Shown in pieces: positions 24,301 to 36,300 of a stretch of 64,000 bases of DNA; position 1 is the stretch's first letter; every line of letters begins with the position of its first letter. A program made the position numbers and the translations under genes. The DNA is taken from positions 496,001 through 560,000 of the forward strand of contig OZ287703.1 in NCBI GenBank assembly GCA_965649825.1. Reading direction: 5' to 3'. This DNA comes from Penicillus capitatus. Lineage: Eukaryota > Plantae > Chlorophyta. Under the pieces are notes generated by a model. The model saw only the letters and a program-made list of their open reading frames with translations, made no database searches and was not told the DNA's origin.

Positions 24301-27300
24301 TGCTCATATCTATAATCTTCAACAACGATTGCTCAGAAGAGTATCGCGTTTCAAGCGCGAACTGCAAGGAGAGGAATTCGGTCCGGACGATGGGAATGGA
24401 TTCTTTGCTGTCAATCAGTCCGATCCAATAAGCACAGAGGACCAAAATGAACAAACAAGCTCTGATGATGACTGTGAAGACGATTATGGAGCATTTGAAT
24501 ACAACTTCTCGTCAGACAGTAGTGTCAGCGATAAAACCGATGCAGATAACGTTATTGACACAGAAAACTTAAGAGCGTATGAGAAGCATTACGACATTCG
24601 AGGATCAATCTCTGCATATCCTGACGGCCGTGACAAAGATTTGGATTCTCCGAGAGAGAAACGCGACGAGTTGAAAGGAGATGACCACATAACATTCATA
24701 GATGATGTCATTTTGAAAATCCCGGGGTTGGTGAATGAAATCCTGGGCAAGGAGATCCCTGCTGCTGTGCAGAGAATGGTGTATCGACTGGAGCACTTGA
24801 GAATGCTCATTCGTTCTCGTGACGCACAAAAGAGCAAGCCCTGCTTTATGTTTAGAGACGGTCCATTCGTCAAAGCGATCACGATGGAGCACGCGTTTGT
24901 CGTGGAAGACTACGATCTCTGTGCACAGGCAGTGACCGAAAGACTGAACAGCGCGCTGGAAGTGGATCCGACGTTCAGCATTCCGGAAGACGTGTCCTTC
25001 TCAGCCAGAGTGGCTGCAGAAATGGAGATCCCCAAGAAGGGATACTGCTTCATTGCCACTTCACACCTGGATTCAGAGAACAAGAAGCCACAGCTCAGCG
25101 CTGCCACGCAAAGCAGACTGACGCAGATTCGAGTCCCTGTATATGGCACCCCTGACATCATGTCCATCGCAGAGGAGAAGCTTCGACGCACGCTTCATGC
25201 CACTGAAGTGGAGTCCCTGCCGTACGTGATGGACAGCATCAAGGGCGTCCGATGCGAGGTCGTTGGCGATGACCCAGAGCATCCCTGCGAGGACTTCAGA
25301 AGGATTCTGAGATGGATCACGTTCGTGACAGCGCATCCGAGAAACCTGAGCATCCAGAGGAGATGCATGCTGGGAGCCAAGTTCTTCTACCTGACAGGAT
25401 ATCCAACCGACATCCAGAACGAGGTCCTCCATAAGATCTTCTCGAAGAAGTTCAAGAAGCTGAAGTCCGACCTCGAGGTACCGATAGAAAGGAATCCGTT
25501 CGAGATCGAGAAGAAGGCTGGCGACGCAGGCAGGGTGGTTTCTCTGACGGGACATGGACTCTCACTGCCGCGGACACTGGAGACGTCGTCCGGTGACAAC
25601 CGGCTTCCCGAGCTGTCCCTCTGCGTGACCGTTTCCGTGCGGGAGAACATGGCTCGGATATTTGCCTCCATCTGCACGAACTCCCCTCTGCTTCTCGAAG
25701 GAGCTCCTGGAATAGGCAAGACTGCCGTCATCACTCAGGTGGCCAAGTTCCTCGGAACCGATCTGGAGCGCATCAACTGCTCAAGCGACACTTCTATCGA
25801 GCAGCTGTACGGGTCGGTGATGCCGATGTACATCGACAACCGAAGAGTCTTCGAGTGGAGGGACGGAAAGCTGCTGAAGGCCCTGAAGTCGCAGAGGTGG
25901 ATTCTGCTGGACGAGGTCAATCTGCTGCCGGCCCAGGTGCTGGAATCCCTCGTCCCGCTGCTTAACGGGTCTGCAGAGGCAGAGGGCTTCTCCGTCCCTG
26001 GAAAGCTGGACTCGGAGCCCGTCGCTGTGCACGGAACTCGCATCTTTGCCACGATGAATCCCGCGGCGGAGGGCGGAGGAAGGGCGAAGCTGTCGAGGTC
26101 CATCAAGAACACGTTCACGGTCGTCCAGATCGAGGGCTACGACAGCGAGGACCTCAAGCAGATCCTGGGCAAGCAGTTCGAGGGTCTCATCGCGAAAGGG
26201 CTCGTGGAAGAGGACGACCTGCAGCACGTGTTCGACGTCTACAAGAAGGTCGAGCAGTCGGTTGAGAAGGGCGAGATCCAGGGAGCCAACCGCAAGCACA
26301 AGCTGAACCTGAGGGACCTGAAGTCCGTCCACGACATCGTGGCAGGAAACATCGAGACGCAGATCTCCCACCACAGACTGATGGCCTGCGACGACGATAC
26401 CGAAGAGAGCGAACAGAACTTCGACAAGCAGCCGGTGGTCACGAGCGTCATCCGTAAGGCCCTGCAGCTGGTGTTCAAGCACCGGTTCGACAACCGATCC
26501 GCCGAAGAGCAGATCCAGCACACCATCGACGAAGTTGTCAAGCCGCCTCAGATGGAACTGGACCAGAGTGACAGTCCGTCCATCGATCTGTCTGTGGGAG
26601 ACCTCGTTCGGATCGGGAACGTGTACATGGAGAAGGACGAAGCCCGTGCATCTAAGGGATCGCTGGTGCACACCGTAAAGACCATCAGGCAGCTGGAGCT
26701 GCTGGCGACGGCCAGCCAGTCGCAGAGAGCGGTGCTCCTGGAGGGACCCACCTGCTCCAAGAAGACGTCCCTCGTGAGGGAACTGGCATCGCTCACGGGC
26801 GTCCCTCTGCTTGTCTTGTCACTTCACCGGGACTTCGAAGTGTCCGACCTGATCGGACAGTGGCTCCCCGTCTCCGCTAGCAACGTCGCATCCGAGCTGT
26901 CGAAGAAGGTGTTCAGACTGAGAGATGACGTGGCGAGGCTCGGGCTCAAGATTGCAGGGAAGTTACCGCAGAAGAGGAGAGCCGAATTCTACAGGGCCAT
27001 GCAGGCCTGCTACACAGAGGGCGCCGAGACTGGCACGCCCCAGGAAATGGAGCAGGTTGTCGAGCGCGCGAAGCTCGCGCTCGAGACTCTCAAGGGATGC
27101 AAGCTGAAGAAGTGGCAGTCGCTGGTGCGTGCGGCAGACGAGCTCAAGGAAAGCGCGATCTCCTCCGAGGATGCCTCTTCCTCGATCGTCTTCAAGTTCG
27201 TGGAGTCTGATATGATCAAGGCGTTGAAGTCAGGGTCGTTCGTCCTCTTCGACAACATCAATGCGGCATCGCCGGACGTGATCGAGCGACTGCTGTCCCT

Positions 27301-30300
27301 GTTCGAGGAGACCCCGTTCCTCAGCCTCTACGAGCACTCGGAGGGCGAGGAGCTGAGGCCCGGCGACGGCATCCATCCCACCACCCGCATCTTTGCGACG
27401 GCGGACAGGAAGAAGATCAACACCTTCGGACTCTCCAACCCGCTGCTGAACAGAATGATCAAGATCTGGCTGCCCGAGATCGACGGAGATGTCCTTGATC
27501 CAGACATGCGCCTGCTGGAGAGCCATGAAACGGTCGAGATCGCCTCCGAAGCACTCAGATCCGTCGAAGGCGGCAATGTGGCCGCCATTCTCGCCATGGC
27601 CTTCCATGCCAGGGTCAGGCAACTGGTCCAGACGTCTCAGATCACCGTCACGCGCGATTCCAGGATCAGCTTCAGGATGCTGCAGCAGGCCTTGTCTGTC
27701 ATCCGCACCTGGCTGGGAAGGGGAGAGCCTCTGTTTAACGCAGTCGTGTGGGGATTGTGGAGAGTCTACGCTGCCATCGTCGAGACGAACGAGGATCTGA
27801 AGAAATTGCAAGAGGCCATTCACAAGTCTTGCGAAGACACGTCATCGCTTCCCCTCCACAAGTTCTACTTCGTCAGCAGTGGCAGAGATGCTCTCACTCC
27901 CTTCCTGAAGGAGAGCAGAGACCTTCAGTTCGTGTTTGCATCGTTGTTGCGTGCGTGCATGAAGCATCTGCTAAAAAACATCCAGAACACTCACCTACGT
28001 GCAGAAGCCGCCAGATCTCTAGCAGTCTCCATCCAGAACTACATCTGCCGTCTGCACCCACAGGAAGCAGAATATGCATTTAACATCGCTGAAGGTGCTT
28101 GTACTGTTCCAGAAATCGTTCAGCTATGCAGAAACCTCGGAGGACCACTTTCAGAATATTTTAAAGACATTTCAGAAAAAGAGGAGAAGATTGTGAAATA
28201 CTTCTGTCAAAATCCAGACAGACTGATCTCACAGACAAAGGGATTCATATCGCACTCCACGTTCACAGACTGGAAATCGAGAAAAGCCTTTATCAAAGAT
28301 ATGTGCTCTGTTCTGGACGCCGTGTTTTGCATTCTTGATGTGCAGTTCAGAAACCGCAATCAAGAATTCGAGCGCATCAGAGAGCTTTTTCAGAAGACCT
28401 CTCAGATCAAGCATCTTCTGTGCTGTTTCTTTCCTTTGGAGAAAGAGGCTTTTGGAAAGGGAGCCAGTGTCTTGGGGGATTGCTTGAGTCGCAGCAAAGA
28501 TCGCGCTGTCAGGTACAATCTTCAGAAGAGGCTGTCGGAAGTCATCTGCGAGGCGGACACCAAGCTCTCTTGTTCCATCGTCAGGTTGATGAGGAGTGCA
28601 GATGCATCGACAGCTGAGAGGAACAGAACTGGTATTGCTTTTGCGTTGAGCGCACTGGACTGGAAGACCACTCTGCTTCTCCCTGAAAGCTTGCTGGTCT
28701 CTGCACATGAAGGTTTCTGTGGCTTAGAGATCCTGGATATCCAGAGGAAGTTCAGCAGAATGAGAATCTTGGAGGAAGTGTGCCAGTTACTTGCCGGGTT
28801 GTCACTTCAGAGTAATGAAGGCTCGTCTAGCATAATTAAAAGTGCCGCGGAGACAGGCTATCGAGTAGTCCAACAGTTGACGCTGGGTGTGAGGCAAAAA
28901 ACAGTGAACCTGGGACAGAAAGCAATGAGTTTCTTTAGAAGAACGAACTCAAATTCTTCGGGTCCATCGACGTCAGATGCACATGAAACCGAAGAACACG
29001 ATGGAAATGTCGAGTTGGTGCACGCCGCCGCGGAACGATTGGATCCCATACTGCAATCATCAGATAGCAGCATGGTATTGTTCGATGAATTAAACACTGC
29101 AGTTGAATTCCACAATGACATCATGTCTTACCTGCTTGAAGATAGGAGGAGAAACAAGAATGCTGCATTGACAAGAAGCATTAAAAAATGCGGCGAGCTT
29201 CTTGATCGTCTCCGTTGCTCTTCCCAGAGCATTGCTAAGAGTGAATTCTGCCTACCCTGGATTGCTCTTTTCGAGTCTTCAGTCAAAATCGACGTCCCAT
29301 ACAAGGTTGTGAGACGCTCTCAAGAAAACTTGCAGAGGGAGATCTTTGAGGAAGAAGGTTCCACGAGTGCTGCACTTCTGGTTGGCGAACTCGACCTAGG
29401 CACTTGCCTGTCTGAGCTGGTCTCCCTTGTACTCTTCGAGAAAGAAGCATCTGGTGCTGACTATGAGAAGACACGTGTGAGTGTGCTCCACTACACATGG
29501 AGTGAAGAAAGCTCATCTAACAGAAAGTGGATCGAACAATGGATGCAGAAACATGAAAACACCTACACCTTCTCTTTCTCTGACAAGAAACTGTTACCTG
29601 TCGACTCTCTTCCCAGACACCGTCTTTCGAGACTAGGCATTACGATTATTGCGTGTCTCTCCACTTTGGCGATTCATGGAAAAGACGGTGGAGCAGCGGG
29701 AAAGAGAGCCAGTGATGTGAAGCAACGATTCATCTCCGGTCTGGAGAAGCAGATGACTTCTTACTTGAGCGAAGTAGAGCTTTGGTCGAATAAGGAAGAT
29801 GATAACTTGTTCCATCACCTGGTTCAACTGGATGCAAGCCTTCTTCGCAGTCAGAGGCAAGGACTAACTGCCACCAGGAGAGAATTGAGTGGATTTCTTC
29901 GGGCATTCTCCGATACGAAGCTATCGATCGAAAAGTCGAAGATAGAAGAGACGCTTGATGCCATAAAGGAAAAACTGCTGTCGTCTGGATGGCAATCGAC
30001 ATCAATTGCCTACAGCTTCAGGAACTTGATGGTAAAACTGGCGGATTACCCTGTGCAAGAAATAACCTTATGCCTGAAAGGGCTTCTTCGACAAGCAGAA
30101 TCCAGATTTGGCGATTACTTCCTTGCCATGGACATGATTGCCCCAGTTTTGAAGCTCAAGGAACTCATGACAGAGTACGCAGCAGAATGTCTTGATGCTA
30201 ACGATTCGAGCGTCTGGAAGAAGTGCAACGATCTGTGTTACTTTGTTTCAGAGGTCGTTAAGTACTTCATCGACTTTTTGATTGTGAAAGATGACAAAAT

Positions 30301-33300
30301 GGAGCTCAACAGAGCAAAACCTCTTGAGGATTTCGATCAGTGGCATGAAGCTCTAGATAAGCTCATAGCTGAACTGGAGATTCCTGCGAGTCTATTGCAA
30401 GAGAACGACCTTGAAAACATCTTCTTAAAACTGAAGAATAAATACAAAAAGCAATTGAAGGAAGAAAACAGAGAAGCAAACTTTGCAAGGACAGGCCTTC
30501 TCGGTATTCAAGCTAAAGAAGGCTCTACTGACGGATCCATTGTGCCTGAATCTAAGGCCGAGATTCAGGCGAGCAAAGTGGCAGGCCTAAAAAGCGGATT
30601 CCAAAATCTCTGGAAGAAAGCGAAGAACCAATCTCAGCCGGCAACGTTTGTCATGCAAGAGGCAATAAAGGCTGTTCAGGTACTGGATCGTTTGAGAGGA
30701 GATGAACTGAACGACATCACTCTCGCGAGATATCAAAATAGATTACAAAATCTCCGAATAGAGTTAGACAAGTCGCAACTGGAAGAGATTAGCAACAGAA
30801 AAACAACAATATCAAACGAGCTCGAGGATCTTCTGTCGAAGAGGCCGAATTGCATGAACACTGCCGATTTCTCATTTGCGCACCAGGACCCCGAAAGATG
30901 CAGCTCATCTGAGGATCAGCAATTTCAGACACAACTGCGCCAGTTGGAGGAAGCCGTTTCCACAAAGTCAAGCACAAAGGAAGAAATCGAGTACTTGATG
31001 CATGTGGCATCCAACTATCAGAAGCATTCACTGTTGCAGCAAGCACTCGAGGTTCTCTGCCAATGCTGCAAGCCGCAAAACACAGAAGAGGGCAGCCGAG
31101 AGTTAAGAGAACTGTCGGGTTTGCACATCTTCTCTGATCAACTCACCAATTGCTTGGCGTTTGAAGCAGACCGAGTTTCATACAATGAGCTGATGAACTG
31201 TGCAGTTGCTGAACTATCCCAAATGCGAGCACAGTATCTGGTCGAAGAGTATTATGATCTGTTGGTTGGGTGGAAGTCCGGAAAAGTGGGGAGATCTCTG
31301 AAAGCCGTTGTGGATCTGTGTTCTGCTGAACGCTTCTCAATGCTGCATGCCAATACAACATTGGAGGAAATAGATGGTTGCATTAAACAGCTGCAGAAAT
31401 GTTTGGCGTCGTTGACAGCCTTGAGTGAGAGTGGCCTCTGTTTCGCAAGCCCGAGTCTCTCCGTGGAAGACGTTGCTGTTCTTTTTTCAGCCAGTCCTGA
31501 TTTCTTGCGCAGTTTCCTGCTGAATCCAGTAAGAACCAGCGAGGAAGACTCTGTCCCTGTGGAATTTGATTCCTCAGCAAACCAGCAGGGAGGGCTCCTG
31601 TCAATGCTGGCCTATCAACAGGAAGATGGCTCTTTGCTTCCAGTTTTCAATAGATCGTCTGGTGCAGACAGATTCCTGAAAGCTATGAAGAATGTCGTTG
31701 TCGATGAATGGGGAGAGAATGTCAGTCAAGATGAAGATGATCTTGCTGTGCAAGAAATCTTTGTTGCCTTTCACTTTGTCCTGATGTCTTTCGTATTTTC
31801 GAGACAAGAATCCAGTCATTTGGAATCGACTATCAAATTGGCGCCTTCTGAACCATCACAGAAGAAAATGAATGACCTAGAAGCACTCATCGGTCGTTGT
31901 CAAGAGAGTATTGATAATGACCGAACTCGACTTTCACAGAAAGGACTTGAACAAGAGAGGGGCACATCACGGCTTCGACGAGTGGAGGAAAGTAACGTAA
32001 AGAGGCATATTGACAAAATCCAAGACGAAATGGAGAGAAAGCAAGAGGAACTGGCACAAGCAAGGGAAGAAGCAGACTCGCGTCGATCTGAAATTTGTCA
32101 CTTCCTGACGAGGTCGCTACAAGATTTACTGGCGAAGGCTTTGCAGTGTTTCTGCAAAATTGTGAGATCGAACACACTAGAATTACTTTTGAGGGACGGT
32201 AAAGCGGTGTCAATGAAAACTCCGTATTCATTGTGCAAGTCCGTCGTCCACGAAATCTGGAATTCCACATGCAAGAGAAGAGATGCAAGTTATGAAGCCA
32301 AGGAAGAATTCGAGCAATGGCAGCAGTCGTACACTGAGTTCTGTGAAGAACACTTGGCACGGTTGTCTAGCGAAGATCCACTAAGAAAGGCTGCCGAGAT
32401 TCTGTGCAAGTGTGCATTCATTGGAAACCAGCGTACACTTCAGCTCATGTCTTCCGCGTCCAAATCTCTCACCATACTTGATACTTCGTTGATAAGCGCC
32501 GGGGAAAAGGCAAAGATCCTTGTGGAGAGGCTTACGGACATGTGCATCAATGACTTCGGCAATGAAACTGTGATAGAAGAATTGTCTGAAGACCTGCTGA
32601 GTTTGGAACACAAATGCAGAAGCCTTGGAGAGGAATGTGAGGCAAATGATGCCATTTGCCTTGATCTGGCTTACCTTAGAAACTTGATTCTGCACTCTGT
32701 CGGTTGCTGCTGTTCTTATGCCCACAGAATGCATCCAATGAACTGGTATGAAGATACACTTCTGCCAAGGTTGGCGGAATCTGTGAAGGAGACGGTCCTT
32801 CTTTCGATGCCATCTTCTGATGAAGAAGAGTTAAAGGCAGAGATGAAATTGCTTCCATGCTGTTGGGCAAGCCACACGATGTCGCTGCAAACCAGTATCG
32901 TCGAAGACACTCTTGTGAATCCCTTCCGACTCATATACATCCTTGAACAGTTTTTTGCTGAGAGTGCTCCACTTTATCAGTCAGTTTCCTATGTTGGAAA
33001 GCACTTCATTGACGGGGTTCTGGAACTAAAAAACAAACTGGGCGACGTTTCTCCGACAAACAATGTTCCCATCCTTACCTCAGTCGAGTGTCAGAATCTC
33101 GATCTCCTTGTAACGCAGCTGCTGGAGATGTGCGAGGAATCGCTTCCTGCAATGACAGCAGAGCAGACACACCAGAGATTCGCCAAGCTTTCGAAGAAGA
33201 CCCTAAAATTGACCAAAGTGATGATCCAAACAAGGAAAGACCCAAGAGCTTACATGGCAGGTTACTTGGGAAGAGTTTGTGAGCAGTGGTGGTACGAGGC

Positions 33301-36300
33301 CACATCCATGTGTCTACAGAAGCTCCCGGCAGAACATGAATATGCCGTCGAAACGCTCAGTCAAAGAATCTCCGACACTGGATCCGATGTGACTGCTCTG
33401 CAAGGTCTCTTGCAGTTGTCCGATTTCAGAGATCTCGGCAAACTAAGGGAAATCCTTCGCAATGAAGGAATGGATCTTGCATCTGCCAAACTCAGTGACC
33501 AGCAGATGAGCTACCTTCAAGTCTTTTCTTCTGTCTTGAGTGAACTTCCTTTCTGTGCAAGACCAAGACTGTTGCATAACTGGCAAATGTGTCAAACATT
33601 TCCAAGTGCCAGAATTCCTATCCAACAGTATGATAAGCTCTTGATGGCACACAGAGGTCTACTCAGGACACATGTGCCGAAGATCCTCCGCTTAAAAAGT
33701 GCAGTTGATAAAGAAACTGAAATGGTCATCAAAAAGGCTTGCAGTGTGCCGCATCACTTGTGCAGTGGAATTGGTCAGGATGTTGCAAAACTTTTGCAAA
33801 GATTGCAGTCTGATATCCAAGAGGTGGTTGAGAATGCAGATACCCTTAACGAAGAATCTGCTTCAGCACGCAGAGACTACAATAAGAGCGTTGCTTCATT
33901 CCTTGAAGAGCGCCATAAGAAAAGAGAACGAACTCAGCAAAACTTGTGGCAACGGGTTCGTTCTCTGACACAACGCCGACAAGATCTTTTCCCAGAACTA
34001 GCAGAAACTGCGAGAGATCTTTGTTCGCATTATTCTGACCTCTGGAGGGTGGCTAGTCGTTGTTTCAAACATGAAGGAATTTCTGACTGGCATATGCAGG
34101 AGAGCAATGGAATTTTAGACTTAAGCAGATCGCTAAATGATGTACTGCAGAAGCAGCAAGTCCTTTATCAAGGAAAACACGTCGCCGATTGTATCAAACT
34201 TGCAAGATATAAACTGAAAAGAGTTGTTACCCAGTTGGACATTTTGTCTCTGGATCTGGATTCTTTTCTCCGGTTCGAAGACGCAATGCTCCAGATCGAA
34301 GTATCCGAAGGAGGCACAGGGGAAGTAGTTTCTGTGCGTTGTGAAGATGAGTTAAAAAAGCTGCTGCCCATCTCCTACGCTGTCGCAGATATAGCGCGCT
34401 TTAAGCTTAGACTGGGATTCACAGGAAAAGACAGAAAGGAGTTCGTTAGAAAGTTCAAGTTGAGAGACATGGACAAACCCGTAACTTTTCAAGTCGGCCG
34501 GTTCAAATCTGGGAATAAGAAAACCATTGTGAGCTTCCATGCCATTAAGAGAACGACGATCGTTGGAAGCGATGCTTCTCTGCTGTCAGAAGCATCCTGC
34601 TCAGAATCCTGTTCAGACCCTTTGAATGACTTGTCAGCAAGAATGCACAGTCTCCTTGCAGATTACGAAAATCATTATGAGGAACTGCAGAAGAACATTC
34701 GACAGAAAAATGATGCCGAGAAGGAAGAGAAGGAAGTATCTGCCCATTTAGAAACAAAGAAATCCGAACGGATTTCCATCGAGACAAGTTCGCATACGCG
34801 CATCATCGAGCAGTGGAATGGTATCCTTGGAGAGATTGTAGTTTCAGTACATAAGGCACAATCCGACCTGATGACCGCAAGAAGACCTCAGACTGTCAAT
34901 TTGATCAACAAAGAAAATGAAGACGGCTTGAAGAGAATTAACGACGCAATGCAAAAAATGCAGGAATTGAATTTTGATGAGAGAAAATTGTCTGTTGTGG
35001 AATTCGACTATGCTGGCGAAAAACTGTCCTTCGTGTGGACTTCGGATATGCGATTGGCTTTCATGCAGATGAAGAAATGTGCGGACGACATGCGGCGGCT
35101 AGGGGAAAGGAGTCTTGAACTGTTATTTGCTGCAGCTCTTCTTGAGTTGTTCCAGTCCAGTCTTACGATAGTCTCGAAGAAAGACTTAATCAACCTTGAA
35201 AGGGCACTGCGAGAGTGGAGAGACATACTGGGAGACAGTCCCATGTCACTCAATCAACAAGAAGCCATTGCCTTCAAAGCTGAAAACCGTTGCCGCTCTG
35301 CATTGTCGCTTGCCGATGCCAGAGTCCAATGCATGATGTGCTTCGAGTATATCAGAGAAGAACATGAAAGAATTATTCTTTTAAACAGGAGAGACAATCT
35401 TTTGCTTCCAGGGACCAAACTGCACCACAGCGCCAAGCTCATTGTCACGCAGTCGGACACAGGGATCTGCATACTTGACCCCAGACATAACAGTATTGAT
35501 TTTGGAACACATCTGTACGCTGCAGATGACAAGAAGGCTGGATCGAGGGCACACGTGTGTATTGTGGAAGTGGTGAACCGTACCGCTTCGACGATGATTG
35601 TCTCAGTGGATCCCGTGAAAGGGTCATCTAATGGGTTCGCTGTTCTTGCCCCGAGTAGGGTCCGTCTCTATGGGAGATCGACTCATCAGTTTTCGTTCCG
35701 CATCAGTGACAAGGCAGTTGGAAGAATCTGTGAGCGTTGGAGAATCGAATCGCCTGAAACAAAACTGAATGATTTCTTCGAGCTTTGCGCAAACATCCAG
35801 AGACTGGCTGTTCAGCTCAGTGCAGAGGAGATGGATTTTGGAGTCCTGCTGGCGAGCTCACAACGACAGAAGCGCAAGATCTTCATCAGGAATGTGACAG
35901 ACCTGCCCTTGTTGATCAAGAGCCAGATCCAATCCGACAATACCCGTTGCACACTCTCCATGTCGCCAGAGAAGATGTTGTTGCTGCCAAGAGAAAAACA
36001 ATCTCTGGAATTCACACTGAAACCCAGTGCCACTGAAGAGAAGGTCGAATCCACTGTCGTCATCGGAGCTGTGCAGAGCTTTAAGTACTTGAAGCTGAAA
36101 GCGAAAATCAGTCGACCAAGATATGCGTTCTTGAATGAAATGCGCAAAGAATTCGATGCTTTGTATGAGATGAAAGCTGTGAAAAAGGGCAAGAAAGCCA
36201 CAGGTTGCCTCAGTGTGAAGAACGAAGGGGATGTTCCAGTCGTTTTTAACATCGACTCAAAATCATATGCATTGAAGATTAAACCCTCTGCTGGAAGTGT

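Noticed and set aside
20218-27823. Many long overlapping ORFs on both strands (up to 582 aa)
   Set aside because: They are shadow frames caused by the GC-rich codon usage of the AAA ring and have no recognisable motifs of their own.
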